DNA of 64,000 bases from Macrostomum hystrix (taxonomy: Eukaryota > Animalia > Platyhelminthes): contig CATNEN010000037.1 in the NCBI GenBank assembly GCA_950097015.1, forward strand, positions 496,001 to 560,000, read 5' to 3'. The stretch's first letter is position 1. The number at the start of each line of letters is the position of its first letter. Both the position numbers and the translations under genes were made by a program. The notes under the pieces were generated by a model. That model worked only from the letters and a program-made list of their open reading frames with translations, had not been told where the DNA came from and made no database searches. This document shows, piece by piece, positions 25,291 to 49,300 of this stretch.

Positions 25291-26133
25291 TTGCTGAATT
25301 CAGAGTAAAAAAATTGTTTTAGATATAGTCACGCAATTCTTGCAAGATTAATTTCCCCATTAGTCTTCTACGAGTCTCGTAATTACATCGAACGACTAAA
25401 AAGTGCATAAAATAAAGCAACAGAACACTAAGAAAACTCCTGTCACCATTAAAAATTGTTCAGATCGGTAGACTCAATAAAAGCAATGCGACAAAGTCAT
25501 TAAGTCCTGCGCTTGCATCTCCGTTGGAACATTTAACAGTAGCGAGTAGGACTACCGAGCATTTTGCCGCCCGTTTTCAGAGGGGTTGGAATCCCCCTTT
25601 ATTTCGGGTGACATTTCAGCGGGAAATCTTTTTGGCAGCGACCGTGGGTTGACGCGAATCATAGTGGCATAGTTCCATCTGTTGTAGCCCTTGAAGGTCC
25701 AGCAGTCCGTCTAGATAAAGTTAGGTGACCACTGAAGATGGCGATGATGCAGGCACATTCGGGTGACATTCTGGCTGATCAATTTTGAAGGCCTGGCAAG
25801 GCCGCACGGAGGCGCAGTCGTATACTTATTTATTAATTCGAACATCGGAGAGTATGAAATACACTACCGCTTATGAGAAATTCCGACCTTCGGCCAGAAC
25901 CATTGAATATCTCGACGGTCTGAATAGCTGGCGACTTGATTCTTGTTTCAGAAGATGTGCAACAAAAAGTTGGCCCCTGTCCTTGAGTTTTGTGGGCTTG
26001 CGTTGCTCCGTTCTGGTTGCAACAAAAATATATGGGGCGAGCCCCTCCGTTAGTAGTTCCACTGTTGAAAATAATTTTTATTCAGACCTAGCGAAATCTT
26101 TTTTAAAGAATATCTATAAATTTTTTTATACAG

Positions 26134-27809
26134 AAAGAGGAAGAGACACCGCTAGTGGCCTTGCCTTCCGGCACCCGAGTGTTCTGGTATCGCTGGTACG
26201 TACTGCTTGTATATGTTGGCCTGGTGACGCTTCAAGGAGCCGTGTGGAACCACTGGGGCCCGATCGCTAATAGCATGAAGGCTGCATACAGCTGGGACAA
26301 TGCCACACTGGGCCTGCTACCTCTCTGGGGTCCAATCACCTATATAATATCGTTCTACCTGTGGACACTGCTGCTGCGGCACAGAGGCCTCCGTCTGGCC
26401 AGCATTCTGTCCGTAGGTCTCGTCGCGGCTGGCTGCGCTTTCAAAGCCATTCCATTTGAGTCGGACGCCATTTTTACCGTCATGTGTCACTTATGCGGCG
26501 CATTGAACGGGCTGGCTGGCCCCGTTGCCATGGCAGCGGGCACCAAGCTGGCCGCCGAGTGGTTTCCAATGAACGAGCGAGTCACCGCGGTTGCCATAGC
26601 AGCTATGAGTCAGGGTCTGGGTCCGACGCTGTCTTTTCTGATTGGTAAGATCGGCATAGCTATTTCAGATAAAGTCCTCCAATTCTGTTGAGGGAATGCT
26701 TTACTTTTCGGTGGACAAGGGACAGACTTTTCCATCCTTTTTTATTTATCAGGTCCGCTAATTGTGCAAGATGTGAACGGAACCGCGTTGACTATTGGTT
26801 CCGATTGGAACTCCACGATAAGGTAACTTTCTGTCAGATCTTTATTCTTATAAATTGCATAGGCTTCTAGCTCAGTGCTTTGTCTCTGTCACTCCTTCGA
26901 GCTTCCACGCTTCGTTTCTATCACTCCTTCGAGCTTCATCGGATCACTCATCCAGGTTGTGCTGACGCTCTCGAACTTTCTTGTTACCAAGTAGGACACA
27001 AGCAATTATAGATGAGCATCCCAACCCTAAATAGCACCATCAGAGGCCAGGTGGCGCTGTACAACTATATTGACGTCGGAGTATCAGCGGCCCTACTGCT
27101 GCTTACAATCCTCTACTTCCCAAATCGACCAAAGCTTCCGCCTAGCGTCTCATCCCAAGTCGCACGACCAGCAGACAGGGGCCTGCGGCATCTGGGCCTG
27201 AACACCTGGATAATAGTGTTCGCCTACGGCATCCCGTCTGGCGTTAGCGGTGCATTCAGCGCCGTCTTCGACATCAACGTCAGCGCGTTCGGCATCGACC
27301 AGACGAAGGCGGACTGGATCGGCTTTGTGTCTTCGGCAGCCAGCATGGCCATGGGACTGCTGGCTGGACGCATCGTTGACTGCTTTCGCCGGCCCCGGAT
27401 GTCCTTAGCCAGCGGCCTCCTGATGGGCGCGTCAACGCTAGCCTTCGCCTGGCTGACCCTTATCTGTGACGGTGTGCTGCCCGGAGGCTCACCCTGCCTG
27501 TTCGCCAGCAATATCCTGGGAATCTCGGCCATGACGGCCGCATTCCCCTTGTTCTATGAGCTGGCCTGCGAGAGCGCTTTCCCAGTCGGCGAGGAGACCA
27601 CAACAATGGTGGTGACAACCGCCAACAATGTCTTCTCTGGCGTGTTCCTATCAATACTGCTGTTCCCACAAGCTGGCACTCAATGGATGAACTATCTCAT
27701 GACAGGCTCCTGTCTGCTATCTGTGCCTCTAGTGGCATTCTTCAAAGAAGTCTACCACAGACGCCAGTTTGACCTGCAGGGCACGCTGGAGGATCGAATT
27801 CAGTCCTGA
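26134..27809 (+). CDS. SLC49A4: MFS transporter of the SLC49/FLVCR family, DIRC2-like; exons 26134-26644, 26753-26822, ~27035 (or 27044)-27809; start codon not located
   Basis: RVFWYRWYVLL...QGAVWNHWGPIANS...LLPLWGPI...LNGLAGP...WFPMNERVTA...PLFYELACESAFPVGE matches the DIRC2 pattern as I recall it. EEETPLV is a dileucine-type motif. The third acceptor is ambiguous. Confidence 0.82.
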
Positions 27810-28325
27810 GCAGTCGGAAATAGATTTTGAGATCACCCCACTTTAAGTCCTATTGAGTGCTTCAAAAGTCTTTTATTCAATGCCCACGATTTTTCTATTC
27901 TCCACATCAACATACAGTACAATACAATCTTAAACCTATGATAATTTCAAAGATTTATTTGTTGGTCCAAGCAATTTTTAGTTTGCTTTTGCTTGCTCGT
28001 TAAGTGATATTCTATAAGCTAGCTAGTTAAGCTTGTAGAATTTACCAAGTGATTAATTAAGCTAATAAATTCTAACTTACTGTGTGCAGTATCCGAGTAG
28101 TCTATGGCCCATGCCTGAGAAGTCGTCTGCAACTGTCACAAAGTTTTAATTCAAGGCGCCACCTCACGTTAGGCTTAGCTTCTGCAGCTGCTACCAAACA
28201 AAACATTATAAGGATGCGGCACTAGAAAATAAATAAAAAAGCCCATTGGGGGATCTGAATGTACAACGCTGCATTTGCTACAATCGTTTGCTGAGCTCGC
28301 TGTTCTATATCAAAACGAATACGCC

Positions 28326-28985
28326 ATGTGCAGCAATCTGCAGCCGTCCTGCTTCCCGTCCTGTACGACGTGGGCACCAAAATCGCCATCGGACCACTGC
28401 TGCTGCATGCCCAAAATCAATTTGTGCCCGCCGCCGTCGCCGCTATCGTCATTCAACTTACCGCCGCTACCGCCTCCGCCACAGCCTAGCGATAAATATG
28501 GTTCCCTTTTCTGGCACCTGCCGGATCTTTGCCCGACAGACGACTGCTGTAGCAGCCGGTTCCAGCCACTAGCCTGCAACCCACCGCCCAGCATGCAATG
28601 CCCACCGCCCTGCTTGCCTTGCACACCGCCTTGCTCGGCTGGCTCCAGCGACTTAGGAGGCATCAACACTATCGGCTTCGGAGGCGGTGCTGACGGCTTC
28701 GGAGGCGGTGCTGGCGGCTTCGGAGGCGCTGCTGGCGGCTTCGGAGGCGCTGCTGGAGGCTTCGGAGGTGGTGTTGGTGGCTGCGGGGGTGGTTTTGGTG
28801 GCTTCGGAGGCGGTGCTGGCGGCTTCGGATGCGATGCTGGCGGCCTTGGAGGCGGTGCTGGTGGCTTCGGAGGCTGCGTTGATGGCTTCGGAGGCGTTTC
28901 TGGCGGTTTCGGAGGCAGCTCTGGCTACCTGAGAAGGAATGCCGGCGGTTTCGGCGCCTGCTGCAGCGCAAACTTCAAAGGTTAA
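28326..28985 (+). CDS. Intronless orphan protein, 219 aa: Cys/Pro-rich N-half plus (GGFGGGA)n Gly-rich C-half
   Basis: GC-rich open frame from gccATG 28326 to TAA. The 21-nt repeat varies at the codon level while keeping Gly/Phe/Ala. aataaa follows the stop. Confidence 0.6.
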   Translation: MCSNLQPSCFPSCTTWAPKSPSDHCCCMPKINLCPPPSPLSSFNLPPLPPPPQPSDKYGSLFWHLPDLCPTDDCCSSRFQPLACNPPPSMQCPPPCLPCTPPCSAGSSDLGGINTIGFGGGADGFGGGAGGFGGAAGGFGGAAGGFGGGVGGCGGGFGGFGGGAGGFGCDAGGLGGGAGGFGGCVDGFGGVSGGFGGSSGYLRRNAGGFGACCSANFKG

Positions 28986-29901
28986 ATGAAGCGTCCGAGT
29001 AAATAAAGTACGCCTGTGACAGCTAGCAGGCTGACATTTCTTCTCTTGACGCCGCATGTATCAGAGCCAATGCTTGCTTAATGAACATGGTTTTTTGTAC
29101 TGATTGTTTTATCATGTGCCATGCCAATTTGTATACTGCTTATGGGTGGCCATGATCGTCTAATTTTTTGTATCGGTGACAGTTTTTGTATTAAAACAGG
29201 GATCGAACGATCAATTGACGAAGATGTAAATGCTGTTACACCTCTGTCAAAAAAATTATAACCCAATTACCAATTACTTTAATAAATAGTTTTTTTATAC
29301 AAAAAGTATGTTTGCTTTGCTAGCTTTCAATTAGTTTAAAAGAATCATCTCTAATTTCAACCAAATATGTTAGGTTGAAATTTATTTAATCTCTTCTATA
29401 TAACCCCTTGAAATTATACATCAGGACCCTGACGAAAAAGTCCAAATTATTCACACAGTACACACAAAACAGCACAACCATTTTTGAATTAAAAATTTGT
29501 CGTTTTAAACGCATCGGCTATTTGTTTCGATTATATTTAAAAGTGTGAAAAATGTTAATATTTAATTTTAACTCATCTTATCGTAGTGTTACTTAATAAT
29601 ACCTTGAATTAACGTGAATAACTTTTGAACTGTACTACGAATCGACTCCAAATTTGATATGCACCGATAACTCGCTTGCTGTTCGAAGACTGTAAATTTT
29701 TATGTGATTTAGTACGACAGAGCCAGAGTGTTTGTTATATTTCGAATATAAATCTGAATATATATCGGGTAACCATTACATATTAATTATCCAGATACAA
29801 ATCGTTCAATGTACATTTAAATCGTTGTGCATCGTAGCCTTGGCCAAACTTTAATAATACCACTACTAAAGCATTCTTAACATTGAAGTAGTATTAAGTA
29901 T

Positions 29902-30082
29902 GGGTGCCAGTCAATTCGGCGACAGGTTAATTCAGCGACAAGTATAGTTATTAAACTGAACAAAAAGCCCTTTCTTGCAGAACCCTATTCTCTGTCGCCG
30001 AATTGACTGTAGCCGAACTGACTTGTCGCCGAATTGAATTGGTTGTAGTCGAATTGGACTTACGGCGAATTAACTGGAAGCC
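29902..30082. mobile_element. 181-bp MITE, GG-ended TIRs, internal gccgaattgac repeats, 8-bp TSD, Merlin-like
   Basis: Left gggtgccagtcaattcggcg; right end reverse-complemented ggcttccagttaattcgccg. Flanks ttaagtat (29894-29901) and ttaggtat (30083-30090). Confidence 0.7.
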
Positions 30083-30145
30083 TTAGGTATGAAGTATTAG
30101 GCCTATGAGTTGAAACATGTAGACATTTTGTATATTTGCATTTGC

Positions 30146-30356
30146 ACTAAACTCCTCGGGACTAATTTGGTCTCTGTAGCTTCGAAAGCCTTGAATAATG
30201 ACCTGCAATTCATATTGGATTATCTATACTAAGCACTATACTTTTTCATAACTCAATTCCAATATTGAGGGTTAGGCTACTATTACTAAGTGTACACTGT
30301 GAAGTAGGCCTAAGCAAAACAACTCACCTTTTTAATGTACATCGATGAAGATTTGT
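30146..30356 (-). pseudogene. Inverted partial duplicate of the SMC3 5' end (UTR, exon 1, intron 1, 57 bp of exon 2)
   Basis: Reverse complement of 32885-33078. Identical apart from one substitution just before the ATG and two insertions (30275-30285, 30307-30312). Confidence 0.92.
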
Positions 30357-30688
30357 GTTCAAAATTTTCAAAAGCATTCTTCAAAAATTACTTTGAAACA
30401 GAGTAAAACATTGCGTTTTCTAATTTTCTAGAGCATAGGCCCTAACAGCTTAAATATCTATATACTTTCACAAAGTGTAACTGTTGTAGGGCTCCTTTCT
30501 TCTTTGTAAATTACTTATATTATTCACTGCAAAAATGCTTAGGCCTATAGTTAATAATCAACTTTTGGGCATGTGTCGTTTTGTTCGTTAAATTATTTTC
30601 TTTATAGAAAACGAAACTGCAAGTAATTTTAGTAATGAATAACAAGTGGGAATAACAAATGTAACAAGAACAAATGCCAGGTTGATTG

Positions 30689-30885
30689 TTAGTTCTTCTT
30701 TGGATATTGCTGGGCGACATACCACAGGAAGCGTCCAAGCACTGGGCGTGGAAACTGTCTTCGCCACAGGTACTCCTGTAGGTGCATCTCGAACAGGGAG
30801 TCCCTGGTTCCATACATCTGGCAGAATTTGCACTTTGCATGAGCCCAGGTGCCCTCCATCAGGTTAGGGCCTAGTGTGCAACCCA
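30689..30885 (-). pseudogene. C-terminal fragment of a Merlin/IS1016-like (ISXO2-type DDE) transposase
   Basis: G-L-H-T-[7-bp insertion]-N-L-M-E-G-T-W-A-H-A-K...GTRDSLFEMHLQEYLWRR...FLWYVAQQYP follows the HTxxIExxWxxxK / YLxExxWR / IAxxYP pattern of Merlin transposases as I recall it. Confidence 0.7.
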
Positions 30886-32898
30886 ATTATCCAATTATAG
30901 GGAAGTAAATAAATAATAACACTTTATTATATATATGTATATTCAATAACTGTGGTAGCAAATCACAAGTGCCCAAGCAGTAAGACACTTTTATTCTCTC
31001 AAACTTTATTGAATTACTCTCATATATTATTGGCTACAACCAGTCTTTAAAAGGCTCCAATGGATTGGAGGGTACCAGTCAAACAAAGTATGATATTCTT
31101 ATTTTACTTCTCTACTCATATAAATGACTCTAATTCTCCTATAACCAATCAGCCTTTGCTTTTCTCACCAATAATAACATAGAAAATGGTTTAAATTTAA
31201 TTGAAAAAACTCACTGCTTCATAACCATATATTTCTGAGCTTCCAATTTGTGGACCATTGATTTTTAGTTGGAAAAATTGTATCCATACATGCGCAACAC
31301 CCGGCCGTACTGGCCGGATGAAACGAGGGCCAAGTAAGGTAAGTCGCAAAAACCAATCAACCAAGCGCAAAAAAATCAAAGGGGGGACCAAGGGACAAAA
31401 AAGGAAGACGTGATGAAGAGGAAAAAGGGGAGAGAAAAATAGAGCAAATGAGAGCAAACTAAGTCGTAAATAGAGCAAAAACTAAGTCACACAGCCGGCT
31501 AAGATTTGGGAGGTTGCAAATGTATGATTTTATGTATATATAGAATAAGTTGAGGTGGGCAAGCATAGTTAAACAAAAATTTTAAAACATTTAAAAACTA
31601 AGTAAAATCATTCATGTATTTTTATAAAATTTCTGAGAAACATAACATACAGTAATTTTATTAATAGCTTTTATACAGTATTGTGCGAGCAAAAATAAAA
31701 ACTAACTTACTGCATAATATCTTAGCTTTTTTACATGCCAAGCTATTGTAAACAGTTTTTTTGCTAAAATTAGGAAATTGACCATTCTATGCTAATGCTA
31801 CAGTTTTTTACTTATAGTTAAGTTAAATATAGCAAAGTAAGTATGCTAGTACTGAGAAATGTATTCAAAATCTCACCCCTGAGAAATGTATTCAAAATCT
31901 CACCACTGAGAAATAACCTCAGTGATAGTGACATATAGCTATTAAAATGTCATGCATTTTTATTTTGTTATGCTATAGTAGTATACCATTGTTGGTAACA
32001 GCCACTTTGGTACAACTGCTTTGGCCATATAGAATAGTAACTCACGGTTACAATTTAATCACTTTTTACAATTCTAGGTCTAAGCCAAATGTTATCCAAG
32101 CTAAAAAATAGGCCTATTATTGAGTAATATTCTAAACAGAGTTAATATAGTTTGGAGCCTTGTGTATTTTTTCTCTTCTGTCTATCACAATTTAAAATTA
32201 AATTTACATTGGTATATGTATATGTATTGTTCACCTTTGTGCTTTCTCTTTTTTTCTCAATTCTGTTGAATAAATAGTCAGTCTAATAAATGTTTAAACA
32301 GCTTGATTTTGAAATTTAAGTGTGAATTGACAAACATGTTGCTTTTTAAGATTAAATACCATGATCATTAGATCAGATCAAATCAGATTTGTTACCAAAT
32401 TCATTGTCACTGAAGTGGCTATTACTAAAGTGGACTGTTGCCCCTTTCATCCACCTATCAAATGTAAATATCTTAGTCATTTTTAGTTGTACAGTTTTAG
32501 ATATATCATTTTGAGACTTATCATTAAGTTAAATATTTTAAAATGTTGATATTTAACTTATTGCCAAATACTTTAGGATTTTAAATACTTTAAAAATACT
32601 TGATACTTGATGAATTGATAACGTTGTTTTAGTTTCTCTTGCTTTTAATTACAATTTTTGTAACTTGCTTACCATACTTATTATTTTGCTATATGCTTGC
32701 AAAATATAACTGACATATAAAGTGAGGTACAATGTTAAATACACACAATAATTTATGGCAAACCAAATATATTTTAATGTTTTTATATCTTCATTTTAGT
32801 ACACATCCCTTTTCATGGTTAAAAACTTGAATTTCAAATAGCTAGTTGCTAATTTTTGCTTAATGTTTTCAGACCTTCTCTGATACAAATCTTCATCA

Positions 32899-44091
<11,193 letters not shown>

Positions 44092-44259
44092 ACAGACTCA
44101 AGACTGCTAGTCCTCATTGGCAGGAAATGACTTTTTTACCGAATTTACATACTCATATTTGTAAATTAAAAATGTTTGCTTTTTCTTCTGTTGTCAATTT
44201 ATTTCCTGTACATTTATTTCCGTAAACTTTTTTCGCGTCAAATATTCCGTAAAAATTCC

Positions 44260-44978
44260 TAGTCCCACTGAAGCCCGTCCTGAAGTAATTCCCAGTCCTA
44301 CTGAAGCCCGTCCTGAAGTAATTCCGAGTCCCACTGATACCCGTCCTGACGTAATTACCAGTTCCACTGAACCCGTCCTGAAGTAATTCCCAGTCCCACT
44401 GAACCCGTCCTGAAGTAATTCCCAGTCCCACTGAACCCGTCCTGAAGTAATTCCCAGTCCCACTGAAGCCCGTCCTGAAGTAATTCCCAGTCCCACTGAA
44501 GCCCGTCCTGAAGTAATTCCCAGTCCCACTGAAGCCCGTCCTGAAGTAATTCCCAGTCCCACTGAAGCCCGTCCTGAAGTAATTCCCAGTCCCACTGAAG
44601 CCCGTCCTGAAGTAATTCCCAGTCCCACTGAAGCCCGTCCTGAAGTAATTCCCAGTCCCACTGAAGCCCGTCCTGAAGTAATTCCCCAGTCCCACTGAAC
44701 CCGTCCTGAAGTAAATTCCCAGTCCCACTGAAGCCCGTCCTGAAGTAATTCCCAGCCCCACTGAAGCCCGTCCTGAAGTAATTCCCAGTCCCACTGAAGC
44801 CCGTCCTGAAGTAATTCCCAGTCCCACTGAAGCCCGTCCTGAAGTAATTCCCAGTCCCACTGAAGCCCGTCCTGAAGTAATTCCCAGTCCCACTGAAGCC
44901 CGTCCTGAAGTAATTCCCAGTCCCACTGAAGCCCGTCCTGAAGTAATTCCCAGTCCCACTGAAGCCCGTCCTGAAGTA
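44260..44978. repeat. 33-bp minisatellite (cccactgaagcccgtcctgaagtaattcccagt) between SMC3 and POC5
   Basis: Direct periodicity. Confidence 0.95.
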
Positions 44979-45479
44979 ACTCATATTCTTCCCTCATATA
45001 TATTCTCATTCTTATCAAGTTGTCGCAGTTATTAATGTACAAGTGTTTTAATTTGTTTGTTTAGTTATTTTCGGATTAGTCATTTGCTAGTTGAAATTCT
45101 ACTTTATCTACTAAATATTATTTCGTAATTGCTAAAGACTTACTTTTTGTATAAAAATCGTGCATATATATCATTTGGCAGCTTGTCCATAATTTGTCTC
45201 CTTACATTTTCGCATTGCTAATCCGTAGCTAATCCTGTTCCGGTTTATCAATAATCATTTTTCGTATTGTCACAGCATGTGTAAGTTTCTTAAGTTATCA
45301 AAAAAAGGTCTGATTTTTTGTTTAAGTAAAAAGTTAAAATTGTACTTTTGCATGTCTAGTTCTCAAAAAGTTTTCCTGCCTCTCATACTTTATAATGACT
45401 TTAAAAGGAATTTTTAAAGAAAATATATTTGTAATTCCTTAGGGTTGAGATTTTAGAATCGACGCTAATGGGTGGGATT

Positions 45480-46205
45480 TAAAATCGGTTGTTAGGGAGT
45501 GAGATTCTAAAATCCATTGTAAGGGGTGAGATTTTGTAATCGGTTGTTATGGATTGAGATTTTGTAATCGACTGTTATGGAGTGAGATTTTGTAATCGAT
45601 TGTTAGGGAGTGAGATTTTGCAATCGATTGTTATGGAGTGAGATTTTGTAATCGATTGTTATGGAGTGAGATTTTGTAATCGATTGTTAGGGAGTGAGAT
45701 TTTGTAATCGATTGTTATGGAGTGAGATTTTGTAATCGATTGTTATGGAGTGAGATTTTGTAATCGATTGTTATGGAGTGAGATTTTGTAATCGGTTGTT
45801 TATGGAGTGAGATTTTGTAATCGATTGTTATGGAGTGAGATTTTGTAATCGATTGTTATGGAGTGAGATTTTGTAATCGGTTGTTATGGATTGAGATTTT
45901 GTAATCGATTGTTATGGATTGAGATTTTGTAATCGATTGTTATGGGGTGAGATTTTGTAAACGATTGTTATGGAGTGAGATTTTGTAATCGGTTGTTATG
46001 GATTGAGATTTTGTAATCGATTGTTATGGATTGAGATTTTGTAATCGGTTGTTATGGATTGAGATTTTGTAATCGATTGTTATGGAGTGAGATTTTGTAA
46101 TCGGTTGTTATGGATTGAGATTTTGTAATCGATTGTTATGGAGTGAGATTTTGTAATCGATTGTTATGGGGTGAGATTTTGTAATCGATTGTTATGGGGT
46201 GAGAT
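45480..46205. repeat. 28-bp minisatellite (gattgttatggagtgagattttgtaatc) just upstream of POC5
   Basis: Direct periodicity. Confidence 0.93.
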
Positions 46206-46321
46206 AAATGACAAATCAAAATGTACTTTTAACCTTAGTGTAGGTTAAGGTGAGTCAAATTGAGTTCATTTCAATTTGTAAACATTTTCAGAAGCCTGTT
46301 TCATCAGTGCTTTAAGCCAGT

Positions 46322-49300
46322 ATGCTGAGTGAACAGCAGCAACCGACGGAGGCTACCGCAGCTCCGGCTTCGTCGCGCAGTGCCAACGGCGCATTTTTAC
46401 AACCATTGACGCCTCTGAACCTGCCGGCTGCGGACGATCAGCAGCAGCGCCAGCCGCCTGGGCCAGAAAGGGACGCCCTCGACTCGCCAGGTTCGTCAAT
46501 ATCGTCCTCGTTGCAGCGAGAATACGACAGCCTGTTGTCCTATGCTGTGCCTCACTTTGGCATTCAACTAGATCTGCAGCAGCAGCAGCTGGAGGAGCAG
46601 CAGCAGCAGCAACCGTCTGCTAGAAAGGTGCGAGCTACTCACTGACTGACATTCATTCAGTCACTGACTCACACATTCATTCAGTCACTGACTCATCAAT
46701 TCATTCAGTCACTGACTCACACATTCATTCAGTCACTGACTCACATTCATTCAGTCACTGACTCACATTCATTCAGTCACTGAATCACATTCATTCAATC
46801 ACTGACTCACATTCATTCAATCACTGACTCACACATTCAGTCACTGACTCACACATTCATTCAGTCACTGACTCACATTCATTCAGTCACTGACTCACAT
46901 TCATTCAGTCACTGAATCACATTCATTCAGTCACTGACTCACATTCATTCAGTCACTGACTCACATTCATTCAGTCACTGAATCACATTCATTCAGTCAC
47001 TGACTCACATTCATTCAGTCACTGACTCACATTCATTCAGTCACTGAATCACATTCATTCAGTCACTGACTCACACATTCATTCAGTCACTGACTCACAT
47101 TCATTCAGTCACTGACTCACATTCATTCAGTCACTGAATCACATTCATTCAATCACTGACTCACATTCATTCAATCACTGACTCACACATTCAGTCACTG
47201 ACTCACACATTCATTCAGTCACTGACTCACATTCATTCAGTCACTGACTAACATTCATTCAGTCACTGAATCACATTCATTCAGTCACTGAATCACATTC
47301 ATTCAGTCACTGACTCACATTCATTCAGTCACTGACTCACATTCATTCAGTCACTGAATCACATTCATTCAGTCACTGACTCACACATTCATTCAGTCAC
47401 TGACTCACATTCATTCAGTCACTGACTCACATTCATTCAGTCACTGAATCACATTCATTCAATCACTGACTCACATTCATTCAATCACTGACTCACACAT
47501 TCAGTCACTGACTCACACATTCATTCAGTCACTGACTCACATTCATTCAGTCACTGACTAACATTCATTCAGTCACTGAATCACATTCATTCAGTCACTG
47601 AATCACATTCATTCAGTCACTGACTCACATTCATTCAGTCACTGACTCACATTCATTCAGTCACTGAATCACATTCATTCAGTCACTGACTCACATTCAT
47701 TCAGTCACTGACTCACATTCATTCAGTCACTGACTCACACATTCATTCAGTCACTGACTCACATTCATTCAGTCACTGACTCACATTCATTCAGTCACTG
47801 ACTCACATTCATTCAGTCACTGACTCACATTCATTCAGTCACTGAATCACATTCATTCAGTCACTGACTCACACATTCATTCAGTCACTGAATCACATTC
47901 ATTCAGTCACTGACTCACATTCATTCAGTCACTGACTCACACATTCATTCAGTCACTGACTCACATTCATTCAGTCACTGAATCACATTCATTCAGTCAC
48001 TGACTCACACATTCATTCAGTCACTGACTCACATTCATTCAGTCACTGACTCACACATTCATTCAGTCACTGACTCACACATTCATTCAGTCACTGACTC
48101 ACATTCATTCAGTCACTGACTCACATTCATTCAGTCACTGAATCACATTCATTCAGTCACTGACTCACATTCATTCAGTCACTGACTCACACATTCATTC
48201 AGTCACTGACTTCACATTCATTCAGTCACTGAATCACATTCATTCAGTCACTGACTCACACATTCATTCAGTCACTGACTCACATTCATTCAGTCACTGA
48301 CTCACACATTCATTCAGTCACTGACTCACACATTCATTCAGTCACTGACTCACATTCATTCAGTCACTGAATCACATTCATTCAGTCACTGACTCACACA
48401 TTCATTCAGTCACTGACTCACATTCATTCAGTCACTGACTCACATTCATACAGTCACTGACTCACATTCATTCAGTCACTGACTCACATTCATTCAGTCA
48501 CTGACTCACATTCATACAGTCACTGACTCACATTCATTCAGTCACTGACTCACCAATTCATTCAGTCACTGAATCATATTCATTCAGTCACTGAATCATA
48601 TTCATTCAGTCACTGAATCATATTCATTCAGTCACTGACTCACCAATTCATTCAGTCACTGACTCATATTCATTCAGTCACTGATTCACCAATTCATTAA
48701 TTTAGTTTTTCTTTTGCGCAGCAGCAGCAGCAGCAGCAGCAGCAGTCGCCGCCGCCGATTCCGCCGCTGCCAACGCAGTCAGAATTAGCCAGAGCTACTC
48801 AACAGTTGCGCCCAACTGTTCAGAATGCTCAAAATGGCGACGCTGAGCACCTGGCAGCTCTGGATGTCGAAGACTACCAAGAAGAAGCAAACGAAGCAGA
48901 AGAAGAAGATGCGGAAGAGGAAGGCACGGTGACACCGTCTCAGCTGAGTGAAGATTTCGATCCCACCAAGACCCAGCTAATTGAAGGCCTGGGTAACACT
49001 GGCAATTCGCTTATGGAGTCGCTCAAAGCCGTTAGGAGCAACTTTGACACTGACGGTGAGTTAGAGGACATCAAGAGGAGGGCCGGAGTGGGAGAGTTAA
49101 GCGGGTTTTCAGGGGGCGGAGTGGGAGAGTTAAGCGGGTTTTCAGGGGGCGGAGTTGGAGAGTTAAGCGGGTTTTCAGGGGGCGGAGTTGGAGAGTTAAG
49201 CGGGTTTTCAGGGGGCGGAGTGGGAGAGTTAAGCGGGTTTTCAGGGGGCGGAGTGGGAGAGTTAAGCGGGTTTTCAGGGGGCGGAGTGGGAGAGTTAAGC

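Noticed and set aside
30520-30840. Cys-rich 106-aa minus-strand ORF
   Set aside because: It overlaps the Merlin transposase relic in a different frame, which explains the sequence better.
46640-48695. Regular repeats as a possible CRISPR array
   Set aside because: This and all other arrays are contiguous tandem units with no unique spacers, in a eukaryotic intron, with no cas genes.
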